Counted from the first letter of the stretch, positions 18,633-27,851 are shown. The stretch: 64,000 bases of DNA from Longimicrobium sp. (GCA_036398975.1 DASWNZ010000208.1:292-64291); one strand, 5' to 3'. The notes: a model not told the origin generated them from the sequence alone. A program made the numbers and translations.

Positions 18633-18716
18633 GGGCACGGGCAGCCACGTGGGGCGGCCCCTACGGGTATCGGGTCGGGTGGACGGCGGGCGGGCACGGG
18701 CGTGATGAGTCACAGC
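18633..18716. repeat. R4 double-hairpin repeat
   Basis: CACGGGCAGCCACGTGGGGCGGCCCCTACGGGTATCGGG...GGGCGTGATGAGTCACAGCCC. Confidence 0.8.
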
Positions 18717-18781
18717 CCAAACGCGGGTGCGCGTAAACGCACTCACGCACTAACGCACTCACGCACTCACGCACTTCTTCC

Positions 18782-21175
18782 ATGGACACGCTCCTCCAGG
18801 ACCTTCGCTTCGCGATGCGCGCGCTCGGCCGCAGCCCAGGGTTCGCGCTGGTGGCGGTGGCAACGCTGGCGCTCGGGATCGGCGTGAACACGACGATGTT
18901 CAGCGTCGTCAACTCCATTCTACTGCGCCCGCCGGCCCACGTGGACCCCGACGGGCTCGTGGTGCTGCGCACGCTGCACCAGAAGAGCGGCGACGAGAGC
19001 AGCGTCTCGTATCCCAACTTCGTGGACTGGCAGGCGGGGAGCCCGTCGTTCCAGGCGATGGGAGCGTATTACGACGACCGCATGATCCTCACCGGGCGCG
19101 GCGCGGAGCCGGAAGAGGTGAGCGGGGAGGTGGTGAGCGCCGGGCTCTTTTCGATGCTTGGCGCGCGGGCGGCGCTGGGGCGCACCTTTCTCCCCGAAGA
19201 GGGGAAGCCCGGCGCCGCGCGCGTCGTGGTGATCGCGCACCAGGAGTGGGAGCGGCGCTTCGAACGTGACCCGCGCATCGTGGGCTCCACCCTGTCGCTC
19301 GACGGCGTGCCGCACACCGTCATCGGAGTCATGCCGAAAAACTTCGGCTTCCCGGACAACCAGACCTTCTGGACGCCGCTGCGCCCGGAGGTCCAGGAGG
19401 AGCGCGGGAGCCGGTACATGTCCGTGATCGGCCGGCTGCGACCGGGGGCCACGCTGCAGCAGGCGCGCGCCGAGCTGGACGCCGTCTCGCGTGAGCTGGC
19501 GCGGCGCTACCCTGAGACGAACGCGGGGTCTGGCGTGCGGGCGACCGACTTCAGCGAGAGCTGGTCGGGCGAGGTGCGCGCGCCCCTCCTGGTGATGATG
19601 GGCGCGGTGGGCTTCGTCCTGCTGATCGCCTGCTCCAACGTCGCCAACCTCCTCCTGGCCCGCGCCGCCGCCCGCCGCCGCGAGATCGCCGTGCGCGTGG
19701 CCATCGGCGCGGGGAGGGGCCGCATCGTCCGCCAGCTCCTCACCGAGAGCGCGCTGGTGTCGCTGCTGGGCGGCGCGCTGGGGATCGGGCTCGCCATGTG
19801 GGGGCTGCGCCTGATCATGTCATCGTTTCCCTTCCAGCCGCCGCTCTGGATGGTGTTCGACATCGACCGCACGGTGCTCCTCTTCGTGCTCGGCGTGTCG
19901 CTGGGCACCGGCCTGCTCTTCGGGCTGGCGCCGGCGCTGCGGGCCACGTCGGGCGACCTGCAGGGCGTGCTGCGCGACGGCGGCCGCGGCTCCACCACCG
20001 GCGCGCGGCGCGGGCGGCTGCAGTCGGCGCTGGTGATGGGGCAGCTCGCGCTGGCGGCGGTGCTGCTGACGGGGGCGCTGCTCATGGTGCGCTCCTTCGT
20101 CCACCTCAACTCCGCCGACCCCGGCTTCCGGCTCGACGGCGCCGTGTCGATGCGCATCACGGTCAGCGGCGAGCGCTACGAGACCGAGGCGGCGCGCACG
20201 GCCTTCTTCCGCCAGGTGCTGGACCGCGTGCGCCCGCTTCCCGGCGTCGCCAGCGCGGGGATGGCGGACTGGCTCCCCCTCTCCGGCGGCTCCTCCACCA
20301 GCGGCGTGATGGTGGACGGGCGCGAGGTGCCCGGCTCCGACCGCCCCGACGCCGAGGTGCGGCGCACGACGGACGGCTTCGCTGAGGCGATGGGGCTGCG
20401 GCTGCGCGCCGGGCGCCCCTTCACCGCGCACGAGGCCGCGGCCGGCGCGCCGGTGGTGGTGGTCAGCCGCTCGATGGCCGAGCGCTTCTGGCCGGGGCAG
20501 AGCGCGCTGGGCCACACCGTGAGCACCGGCGGCGACTGGCGGACCGTCATCGGCGTGGTGGACGACATCAGCGGCCAGCACCGCGGCGACGCACCGCGCC
20601 CGCAGCTCTACTTCCCCGCGGGTGACCACGGCAGCCGCTCGATGGCGCTCGTCGCGCGCACCCCGGGCGATGCGGCCGCGCTGGCGCCCGCGCTGCGCCG
20701 CGCCATCCGCGAGATCGATCCGGGCGTGGCGGTGGCGGACGTGCACACGATGGCCGAGGTCGCGGGCCAGTCGCTCTGGAAGCAGCGGCTCTTCGGGGGG
20801 ATGTTCGCCTCGTTCGGCTTCGTCGCGCTCCTGCTGGCGGTCACCGGCGTGTACGCGATGATGGCGTACGCGGTGGCCCAGCGCATCCACGAGATCGGGG
20901 TGCGGATGGCGCTGGGCGCGCGCACCGGGCAGGTGCTGCGCATGGTGGTGGGGCAGGGGCTCACCATCGCGGCCATCGGCGTGGGGATCGGGCTCGCGGG
21001 CGCCCTGGCCGTCACGCGGCTGATGGCGGGGCTGCTGGAAGGGGTGAGCCCCAGCGACCCGCTCACCTTCGCTCTCGTGGCGCTCCTGCTGGCCTCGGTC
21101 GCCGTGCTGGCGAGCTGGCTCCCCGCCCGCCGCGCCGCCCGCGTCGATCCAATGATCGCCCTTCGCTCGGAGTGA
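18782..21175 (+). CDS. ADOP-type duplicated MacB/FtsX permease (paralogue 5)
   Basis: 797 aa. MDTLLQDLRFAMRALGRSPGFALVAVATLALGIGVNTTMFS...[11 protein letters not shown]...[16 protein letters not shown]. The ATG is abutted by an octamer array and has no SD. Confidence 0.9.
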   Translation: MDTLLQDLRFAMRALGRSPGFALVAVATLALGIGVNTTMFSVVNSILLRPPAHVDPDGLVVLRTLHQKSGDESSVSYPNFVDWQAGSPSFQAMGAYYDDRMILTGRGAEPEEVSGEVVSAGLFSMLGARAALGRTFLPEEGKPGAARVVVIAHQEWERRFERDPRIVGSTLSLDGVPHTVIGVMPKNFGFPDNQTFWTPLRPEVQEERGSRYMSVIGRLRPGATLQQARAELDAVSRELARRYPETNAGSGVRATDFSESWSGEVRAPLLVMMGAVGFVLLIACSNVANLLLARAAARRREIAVRVAIGAGRGRIVRQLLTESALVSLLGGALGIGLAMWGLRLIMSSFPFQPPLWMVFDIDRTVLLFVLGVSLGTGLLFGLAPALRATSGDLQGVLRDGGRGSTTGARRGRLQSALVMGQLALAAVLLTGALLMVRSFVHLNSADPGFRLDGAVSMRITVSGERYETEAARTAFFRQVLDRVRPLPGVASAGMADWLPLSGGSSTSGVMVDGREVPGSDRPDAEVRRTTDGFAEAMGLRLRAGRPFTAHEAAAGAPVVVVSRSMAERFWPGQSALGHTVSTGGDWRTVIGVVDDISGQHRGDAPRPQLYFPAGDHGSRSMALVARTPGDAAALAPALRRAIREIDPGVAVADVHTMAEVAGQSLWKQRLFGGMFASFGFVALLLAVTGVYAMMAYAVAQRIHEIGVRMALGARTGQVLRMVVGQGLTIAAIGVGIGLAGALAVTRLMAGLLEGVSPSDPLTFALVALLLASVAVLASWLPARRAARVDPMIALRSE

Positions 21176-21179
21176 TCGC

Positions 21180-23618
21180 ATGACGAACCTGCGCTACGCC
21201 CTCCGCTCCCTGCGCAACGCCCCCGGCTTCACCGCCGCGGCCGTGGTCACGCTGGCGCTGGGGATCGGGGCTAACGCGACGGCCTTCAGCCTGGTGGACG
21301 CGCTGATGCTGCGCCCCCTGCCGGTGGAGGACCCGGGCGCGCTGGTGCGCCTGCACCCCATGAACCGCAACGTGGAGACGGGGGAGGTGAGCCCGGGCTA
21401 CTCGTGGTCCATCCCCGACTTCGAGGACTACCGGGCGCGCCGCGAGGTGTTCGCGGGCCTGGCGGCGCACGAGATGCGCCCCTTTCGGGTGGGGACGGGC
21501 GCGGTGGAGGGGGCGCGGGGAGCGGCCGTCAGCGGCGACTTCTTTCGCGTTTTGGGAGTGAAGGCGATCCGCGGCCGCACCCTCCTCCCCTCCGACGACA
21601 GGGCGCAGGACCCGGGCGCGGTGGCGGTGGTGAGCGAGTCGTACTGGCGCACCCGGATGAGCGCCGACCCCGGCGTGCTGGGGAAGACCCTGGTCCTCAA
21701 CCGGCACCCCTTCCGCGTGGTGGGAGTGGTGGGGAGCGAGACCGTCTTCCGCGCGATCGGCGGCGAGAACCCCGCGGAGGTGTGGATCCCGCTGCGCGCG
21801 CGCGCCGCCTTCCTGGATCCCAGGATGAACCCGCTGGACACGCGCTCGGTTTCGTTCGCCACTGTCTTCGGCCGGCTGCAGCCGGGAGTGACGGTGGAGC
21901 GCGCCCAGCTCGCCGCCGACCTGACCGCGCGCCGACTGGCCGCCGCGTATCCCGAGACCAACGCCGGCCGACTGTCCCGGGTGGTGCCCGCGGGGAACGT
22001 GGCCGGGCTGTCGCTGGACCAGGACACGCGCGCGGTGCGGGAGCGTGGCGCGTACCTGCTGATGGCCGTGGTCGCGATGGTGCTCCTGGTGGCCTGCGCC
22101 AACGTGGCCAACCTGCTGCTCGCCCGCGCCACCTCTCGCCGCCGCGAGATCGCCATCCGCTCGTCGCTGGGCGCGGGGCGCGGCCACATCGCCCGCCAGC
22201 TCCTTACCGAGAGCGTGGTGCTGGCGCTGATGGGCGGGGGCGCGGGGCTCCTGCTGGCATGGGCCGGCGTGTCGCTCGCCTCGCGCATCCCGGAGGTGGC
22301 GCGGGTGTCGCCGTCGCTCGACGCGCGCGTGCTGGCGTTCACCCTGGCGGTGTCGGTGGTGGCGGGGATCGCCTTCGGGCTGGTGCCCGTGATCGGCGCC
22401 GGCGCGCGCGACTTGTTGACCGCGCTGCGCGACGGCGGGGCGCAGGGCGCCACCCGCAGCCTGGCGGTGCAGGGAGCGCTCGTGGTGGGGCAGGTCTCCA
22501 TCACCCTGGTGCTGGTGGTGGCGATGGGGCTCGTCCTCCGCTCGCTCGGCAAGCTCCACGACGTCGATCCGGGCTTCGACGCGGAGCAGATCGTCACCGC
22601 CGGCGTCAACTTCGCCGAACCGGGCGACGAGAGCTTCGGACCGCCCCCCGCCGCGCGCGTGCGGGAGGTGCTGGACCGGGTGCGCGCCCTGCCGGGAGTG
22701 GAGGATGCGACGTTCGCGAACATGGCGCCGCTCACCGGCATGTCCATGTCGGCCACCTTCGAGGTGCCGGGCTACACGCCGCCGCCGGGCGAGGACCCCA
22801 GCGCGGCGATCATGTCCATCGACGACGCGTACCTGCGCACCATGGGCATCCCCCTGCTGCGCGGACGTCCCTTCGGCCCGGCGGGCGACGAGCAGCGGGT
22901 GCTGGTGAACCGCGCGCTCGCCGCCAAGTACTGGCCCGGCCGCGACGCCGTGGGGCAGCGCATCCGCATGAACGACGACGTCTTCCACGTCGCCGGTGTG
23001 ATCGGCGACGTGCGCGCCGCCGCCATCGCCGCCGAGGCGCCCCCCACGCTCTACCTCCGCTCGCCGCGGCAGACGTATTCGTACCTCACGCTGCACGTGC
23101 GCGCCGCCGGGGACCCGGCCTCCCTGGTCGCTCCGCTGCGCCGCGTGCTGGCTCAGGCGACCCCCGGGCAGCCCGCGCCCACGGTGACCCCGATGTCCGA
23201 GAACGTGGCCGAGTCGCTGGCCCAGGCCCGCTGGATCGCCACCTTCTTCACCCTCTTCGGCGGCGTGGCGCTCACGCTGGCGGCGGTGGGGCTGTACGGC
23301 GTCGTGTCGTACTCCGTCACGCAGCGCCGCCGCGAGATGGGCATCCGCGCCGCGCTGGGCGCCGGTCCGCGCCGCATCGTGGCGATAGTGCTGCGGCAGG
23401 GCGGCGCGCTCGCCGCGGCCGGCGCGGTGCTGGGCATCGCCGTGGCGCTCGCCACCACGCGCGCCATCGGCGGCATCCTCTACGAAGTGGAGCCGGTCGA
23501 CGCCACCTCGTTCGCGCTCGCCCTCGCCGTACTGGGCGGCGCCGCGCTCCTGGCGAGCTGGATTCCCGCCCGCCGCGCCGCCCGCGTGGACCCCATGGTC
23601 GCGCTGCGCAGCGAGTGA
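21180..23618 (+). CDS. ADOP-type duplicated MacB/FtsX permease (paralogue 6)
   Basis: 812 aa, starting 4 nt after the paralogue 5 stop. [37 protein letters not shown]...REMGIRAALGA...[16 protein letters not shown]. Confidence 0.9.
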   Translation: MTNLRYALRSLRNAPGFTAAAVVTLALGIGANATAFSLVDALMLRPLPVEDPGALVRLHPMNRNVETGEVSPGYSWSIPDFEDYRARREVFAGLAAHEMRPFRVGTGAVEGARGAAVSGDFFRVLGVKAIRGRTLLPSDDRAQDPGAVAVVSESYWRTRMSADPGVLGKTLVLNRHPFRVVGVVGSETVFRAIGGENPAEVWIPLRARAAFLDPRMNPLDTRSVSFATVFGRLQPGVTVERAQLAADLTARRLAAAYPETNAGRLSRVVPAGNVAGLSLDQDTRAVRERGAYLLMAVVAMVLLVACANVANLLLARATSRRREIAIRSSLGAGRGHIARQLLTESVVLALMGGGAGLLLAWAGVSLASRIPEVARVSPSLDARVLAFTLAVSVVAGIAFGLVPVIGAGARDLLTALRDGGAQGATRSLAVQGALVVGQVSITLVLVVAMGLVLRSLGKLHDVDPGFDAEQIVTAGVNFAEPGDESFGPPPAARVREVLDRVRALPGVEDATFANMAPLTGMSMSATFEVPGYTPPPGEDPSAAIMSIDDAYLRTMGIPLLRGRPFGPAGDEQRVLVNRALAAKYWPGRDAVGQRIRMNDDVFHVAGVIGDVRAAAIAAEAPPTLYLRSPRQTYSYLTLHVRAAGDPASLVAPLRRVLAQATPGQPAPTVTPMSENVAESLAQARWIATFFTLFGGVALTLAAVGLYGVVSYSVTQRRREMGIRAALGAGPRRIVAIVLRQGGALAAAGAVLGIAVALATTRAIGGILYEVEPVDATSFALALAVLGGAALLASWIPARRAARVDPMVALRSE

Positions 23619-23695
23619 TGCAAACGACTTCGCACCGGCAAGCATCCTATCCGCGCGTGCCTTACATACCATCCTTTCCGCAACGGAGCTTGCCC

Positions 23696-24580
23696 GTGAA
23701 AAACCTCACCCTCCTCGCCCTCGCCCTCCTGGCCGCGGCGCCGCTCGAAGCGCAGCGCGACCAGTACGACTGGAGCGGCTCCATCCCCGCCGGCGCCACC
23801 CTGCGCGTCTCCACCGGCGCGGGCGACGTGAACGTGACCCGCTCGGCGCGCGGGAGCACGGCCACCGTGCGGGGCCGCGTGCGCCGCGCGCAGGGCAACG
23901 AGCGCATCCGCTTCGAGCTGGTGCGCGACGGGCAGAACGTGACCATCTGCGCGCTGTACACGGAGCGCGCCACCTGCACGGCGCAGGGGATCCGCGACGA
24001 TTCGCATCGCGGGAATCGCCACGCCCGCGCGGACTTCACGGTGGAGGTGCCGGCCGGCGTGCTCCTCGCCGCCAGCAGCGGCACGGGCGACGTGGACGTG
24101 AGCGGCGCGACCGCTTCGGTGCGCGCCAGCACCGGCAACGGCGACGTGCGGGTGGGTCCCGGTGCGGCGGAGGTGAGCGCGTCGTCCGGCAACGGGACGA
24201 TCCAGGTGCAGGGCGCGCGCGGCGCCGTCCGCGCATCGTCGGGCAACGGGCAGATCGACGTGGCCACCTCCGCCGGGCCCGTCACCGCCTCCAGCGGCAA
24301 CGGCGACATTCGCGTGTCGATGGCCTCGTTGCGCTCCACGGGCGACCTGAGCTTCAGCAGCGGCAACGGCGACATTACCCTGCGACTCCCCGGCGACTTC
24401 GGCGCGGAGCTGCAGGCCAGCACGGGGAGCGGATCGGTGCGCAGCGACTTCGAGGTGCGCACCACGGGACGCATCACCGCGCACCGGCTGCACGGCACCA
24501 TCGGCCGCGGCGGACGCTCGTTGCGCATCTCCACCGGCAGCGGCAGCATTGCGCTGGAGCGGGCGGGGGGAGCGCAGTAG
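23696..24580 (+). CDS. DUF4097-like beta-strand repeat protein (putative adhesin), secreted
   Basis: C-terminal part of the artefactual 1058-aa ORF 21404..24580. GTG at 23696 is preceded by GGAG at 23685. Signal peptide KNLTLLALALLAAAPLEAQ. Reiterated (S/T)GxGD(V/I) repeats (STGAGDVNV, SGTGDVDV, STGNGDVRV, SSGNGTIQV, SSGNGQIDV, SSGNGDIRV, SSGNGDITL, STGSGSV). Confidence 0.75.
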   Translation: MKNLTLLALALLAAAPLEAQRDQYDWSGSIPAGATLRVSTGAGDVNVTRSARGSTATVRGRVRRAQGNERIRFELVRDGQNVTICALYTERATCTAQGIRDDSHRGNRHARADFTVEVPAGVLLAASSGTGDVDVSGATASVRASTGNGDVRVGPGAAEVSASSGNGTIQVQGARGAVRASSGNGQIDVATSAGPVTASSGNGDIRVSMASLRSTGDLSFSSGNGDITLRLPGDFGAELQASTGSGSVRSDFEVRTTGRITAHRLHGTIGRGGRSLRISTGSGSIALERAGGAQ

Positions 24581-24590
24581 TCAGTCCTTG

Positions 24591-24650
24591 GTGGATGCAT
24601 CGTAGGTCGATGTATTGTGGTGCGATGTATCGTCGGGTGACGTATTGCTG
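24591..24650 (+). repeat. four direct 15-nt repeats (consensus GTNGATGTATYGTNG)
   Basis: GTGGATGCATCGTAG / GTCGATGTATTGTGG / TGCGATGTATCGTCG / GGTGACGTATTGCTG, exact 15-nt phase. Locally AT-richer and unique in the window. Confidence 0.8.
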
Positions 24651-24662
24651 TGGGCACCGGCG

Positions 24663-24743
24663 GCGTATGAACGCCCGGGGATGAACGCCGGGGGCTGAAG
24701 CCCCCGGCTGGAACCACGGGAAGACCGCTGAAGCGGTCTCGCG
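24663..24743. repeat. R3-related repeat (GGGGGCTGAAGCCCCCGGCTGGAAC...), inverted orientation
   Basis: Hairpins GCGTATGAACGC-like, GGGGGCTGAAGCCCCC and GACCGCTGAAGCGGTC. Related to 49275 and 35670. Confidence 0.7.
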
Positions 24744-24783
24744 CGCGGCGGCCGGTGCGCGGTGGCGGGGTTCGGCGCAGCAC

Positions 24784-24883
24784 GGGACACGGGCAGCCAC
24801 GTGGGGCGGCCCCTACGGGATTGGGGTCGAATGCCGGCGGCGGAGCGGCGCTGGACACGGGCGCGATGAATCGCGCCCCTACC
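24784..24883. repeat. R4 double-hairpin repeat
   Basis: CACGGGCAGCCACGTGGGGCGGCCCCTACGGGATTGGGG...GGGCGCGATGAATCGCGCCCCTACC. Confidence 0.85.
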
Positions 24884-24893
24884 ACAGACATCA

Positions 24894-24930
24894 ACGCACT
24901 AACGCACTAACGCACTAACGCACTCAGTGC
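24894..24930. repeat. OCT array without an obvious partner arm
   Basis: ACGCACTA x3 followed by ACGCACTCAGTGC, 61 nt upstream of the NtrC-type gene. Confidence 0.8.
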
Positions 24931-24991
24931 TAGAATCCAGCGGCCGGCCCGCGAACCGGGCCGGCTGCGCTCACTTGATCAGGTCCACCCC

Positions 24992-26356
24992 ATGGCTCCC
25001 ACCGCTCCGCCCCGCATCCTGATCGCCGACGATCAGCCGGACATCCTCCAGGCCCTGCGCCTCCTCCTGAAAGGCGCCGGCTACGGCATCGAGACGGCCA
25101 CCTCCCCCGCATCCGCGCTGGCGGCGGCGCGGGAAAAGGATCTGGACGTGGTGCTGATGGACCTCAACTACGCCCGCGACACCACCTCGGGGCGCGAGGG
25201 GCTGGAGCTGATTCCGCAGATCCACGCAGCCGATCCTTCGCTCCCCATTGTCGTGATGACGGCGTGGGGGAGCGTGGAGAGCGCCGTGGAGGCGATGCGG
25301 CGCGGCGCCCGGGACTACGTGGAGAAGCCGTGGGACAACCAGCGCCTCCTGGCCACCCTCGCGTCGCAGGTGGAGCTGGGGCGTGCCCTGCGCCAGACGC
25401 AGCGGCTGGAGCAGGAGAACCGCCGCCTGCGCAGCGACGGCCTCCCCGAGATGATCGCGGAGTCGCGCGCCATGGCGCCCGTGCTGCGCCTGATGGAGCG
25501 CGTGGGCCCGTCGGACGCATCCGTGCTCATCACCGGCGAGCACGGCACGGGCAAGGACGTCGTTGCGCGCTGGCTCCACGCCTCGTCGCCCCGCGCCTCG
25601 CGCGCGCTGGTGACGGTGAACGCAGGCGCCATCGCGGAGGGCGTGTTCGAGAGCGAGCTCTTTGGCCACGTAAAGGGCGCCTTCACCGACGCGCGCTCGG
25701 ACCGGGTGGGCGCCTTCGAGCTGGCGGACGGCGGCACCCTCTTCATGGACGAGATCGGCACCATGCCGCACGACCAGCAGGCCAAGCTCCTCCGCGTGCT
25801 GCAGAGCGGCGAGCTGCAGCGCGTGGGAGCGTCGCGCACCCGCAAGGTGGACGTGCGCGTGATCTCGGCCACCAACCTGGACGTGCAGCAGGGCGTGGAA
25901 GAGGGGCGCTTCCGCGAAGACCTCCTCTTCCGCCTCAACACTGTCGAGATCCACCTCCCCCCGTTGCGGGACCGGCGCGAGGACGTGCCGCTGCTGGCCA
26001 ACCATTTCCTGCGCCGCGGCGCCGCGCAGTACCGCAAGGCGCTGGAGGGGTTTACGCCGGACGCGATGAAGGCGCTCCTCTCCTACCCGTGGCCCGGCAA
26101 CGTGCGCGAGCTGGAGCACGCGGTGGAGCGCTCCATCCTGCTGACCGCCGGGCCGCGGGTGGGCGTGGAGGACCTGGCGCTGCGCGGCCGCGTCCCCGCC
26201 TCGGTCGCCATGGAGGAGATGTCGCTGGAAGACGCCGAGCGCCTGCTGATCCGGAAGGCGCTGGAGCGCTTCGACGGCAACGTGAGCCAGGCCGCGGAGG
26301 CGCTGGGCCTCAGCCGCAGCGCGCTGTACCGACGGCTGGAGCGCTTCGGGCTGTGA
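24992..26356 (+). CDS. sigma-54-dependent response regulator (NtrC family)
   Basis: 454 aa. Receiver domain (ILIADDQPDI...DVVLMDLNY), AAA+ Walker A GEHGTGKD, sigma-54 contact loop GAFTDA, C-terminal Fis-type HTH SQAAEALGLSRSALYRRL. Confidence 0.9.
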   Translation: MAPTAPPRILIADDQPDILQALRLLLKGAGYGIETATSPASALAAAREKDLDVVLMDLNYARDTTSGREGLELIPQIHAADPSLPIVVMTAWGSVESAVEAMRRGARDYVEKPWDNQRLLATLASQVELGRALRQTQRLEQENRRLRSDGLPEMIAESRAMAPVLRLMERVGPSDASVLITGEHGTGKDVVARWLHASSPRASRALVTVNAGAIAEGVFESELFGHVKGAFTDARSDRVGAFELADGGTLFMDEIGTMPHDQQAKLLRVLQSGELQRVGASRTRKVDVRVISATNLDVQQGVEEGRFREDLLFRLNTVEIHLPPLRDRREDVPLLANHFLRRGAAQYRKALEGFTPDAMKALLSYPWPGNVRELEHAVERSILLTAGPRVGVEDLALRGRVPASVAMEEMSLEDAERLLIRKALERFDGNVSQAAEALGLSRSALYRRLERFGL

Positions 26357-26429
26357 GCCCTCACCCCCGCTCGTTCCTCGCTGCCCCCTCTCCCGATAAC
26401 AGGAGAGGGCTGCGCCCTCACGTTATCGA
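26357..26429. repeat. R6-variant repeat (CTCTCCCGATAACAGGAGAGGG core)
   Basis: Fills the spacer between the NtrC-type gene and its kinase. CCCTCACCCCCGCTCGTTCCTCGCTGCCCCCTCTCCCGATAACAGGAGAGGG...CGTTATCGAGAGAGGGGG. Confidence 0.8.
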
Positions 26430-26441
26430 GAGAGGGGGCGG

Positions 26442-27803
26442 ATGCCGCGGGCCGGGTTGCTCCGGGATCTCGGGTTGATGCCCCCGCGCCGGCGGCGGAC
26501 GCGCCACCAGACCCAGATCTTCCTCCTCGCCCTCATGGCGGGGCTGCCAGGGGTGGCGCTCTCCGCGCTGCTGCTGTGGAGGGGCGGCTACGACAGCGGC
26601 GTGCAGTGGACGGCGGCCGTGCTGGTGGGCGGCGGGTGGCTGCTGGCCGCTTGGATGGTGCGCGAGCGGGCCATCCGCCCCCTCCAGACGCTCTCCAACC
26701 TGCTGGCGGCGCTGCGTGAGGGCGACTTCTCGCTCCGCGCCCGCGGCGCGCGTCCGGACGATGCGCTCGGGCTGGCGCTGGTGGAGGCCAACGCGCTGGG
26801 CGAGACGCTTCGCGAGCAGCGCATCGGCGCCATCGAGGCGACCGCCCTCCTGCGCCGCGTCATGGCGGAGATCGACGTTGCCGTCTTCGCCATCGACGAG
26901 GGCGGGCGCGTCCGTCTCGTAAACCGCGCCGGCGAGCGCCTCCTGGACCGCCCGCCGGAGCGCATCATCGGCTTCCCCGCCGACGAGCTGGAGCTGACCG
27001 ACCTCTTGGAGGGGGAGACGCCGCGCACCGTGGAGCACGAGTTCCCCGGCGGCGCCGGGCGCTGGGAGGTGCGGCGCGGTCCGTTCCGCCAGGGCGGCCG
27101 CTCGCACCAGCTGCTGGTGGTGGCGGACGTGAGCCGCGTGCTGCGCGAGGAGGAGCGGCAGGCGTGGCGGCGGCTGATCCGCGTGCTGAGCCACGAGATC
27201 AACAACTCGCTGGCGCCCATCCAGTCCATCGCCGGCACCCTGCAGGGGATGGTGGGCGAGGACGCCGTCCCCGGCGAGCTGGGCGACGACCTGCGCGGCG
27301 GCCTGGCGATCATCGCGGGGCGCTCCACCTCGCTCAGCCGCTTCATGGCCGAGTACGCCCGCCTGGCTCGCCTTCCGCCGCCCTCGCTCAGCCCCATCGA
27401 CATCGGGCTGCGCGTGCGCCACACCGCGGAGCTGGAGCGGCGCCTCCCCGTGCGCGTCGTCCCCGGCGACGAGCTGCTGGTGAGTGCCGACCCGGACCAG
27501 ATCGACCAGCTCCTGATCAACCTCGTCCGCAACGCCACCGATGCCGCCCTCGAAACCGGCGGCGGGGTGCGCGCCGGCTGGCGCGCGGATGGAGATGGCG
27601 TGGAGGTGTGGGTGGAGGATGACGGTCCCGGCCTGGCGGACACGGCCAACCTGTTCGTCCCCTTCTTCACCACGAAGCGCAACGGCACCGGCATCGGCCT
27701 CGCCCTCAGCCGCCAGATCGCCGAGGCCCATGGCGGCACGCTCACCCTGGAGAACCGGGCGGATGCGCGGGGGTGCATCGCGCGGCTGGTGCTGCCGGGG
27801 TGA
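26442..27803 (+). CDS. sensor histidine kinase (partner of the NtrC-type regulator)
   Basis: 453 aa with two N-terminal TM segments. H-box LSHEINNSLAPIQS, N-box LINLVRNATDA, G1 DDGPGL, G2 GTGIGLALS. The start could be 26478 instead. Confidence 0.85.
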   Translation: MPRAGLLRDLGLMPPRRRRTRHQTQIFLLALMAGLPGVALSALLLWRGGYDSGVQWTAAVLVGGGWLLAAWMVRERAIRPLQTLSNLLAALREGDFSLRARGARPDDALGLALVEANALGETLREQRIGAIEATALLRRVMAEIDVAVFAIDEGGRVRLVNRAGERLLDRPPERIIGFPADELELTDLLEGETPRTVEHEFPGGAGRWEVRRGPFRQGGRSHQLLVVADVSRVLREEERQAWRRLIRVLSHEINNSLAPIQSIAGTLQGMVGEDAVPGELGDDLRGGLAIIAGRSTSLSRFMAEYARLARLPPPSLSPIDIGLRVRHTAELERRLPVRVVPGDELLVSADPDQIDQLLINLVRNATDAALETGGGVRAGWRADGDGVEVWVEDDGPGLADTANLFVPFFTTKRNGTGIGLALSRQIAEAHGGTLTLENRADARGCIARLVLPG

Positions 27804-27851
27804 GGGGCGGTGGCGTGCGTTGGTGCGCGTCGGCGGGGTTCGTCACGCGAG

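Larger units (their letters stand above)
18227..18777. repeat. OCT inverted pair enclosing a 5-module mosaic spacer
   Basis: Left arm 18227-18257. Right arm 18737-18777 (ACGCACTC ACGCACTA ACGCACTC ACGCACTC ACGCACTT). Interior holds GGGGCGTGATTCATCACGCCC (18280-18300) plus LRMT, R3 and R4 modules. Confidence 0.85.

Noticed and set aside
18737-18777. Octamer arrays considered as CRISPR arrays.
   Set aside because: The unit is only 8 nt, with no unique spacers between units and no cas genes. This is a microsatellite-like tandem array, not CRISPR.
21404-23695. N-terminal 764 codons of the 1058-aa ORF 21404..24580.
   Set aside because: This is the +1 alternate frame of permease paralogue 6. Only the part from GTG 23696 (RBS, signal peptide, DUF4097 repeats) looks like a real protein.
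24591-24650. DnaA boxes or a replication origin in the 15-nt repeat array.
   Set aside because: The best match to TTATCCACA is only about 6 of 9. There is no AT-rich unwinding element and no dnaA or dnaN nearby.
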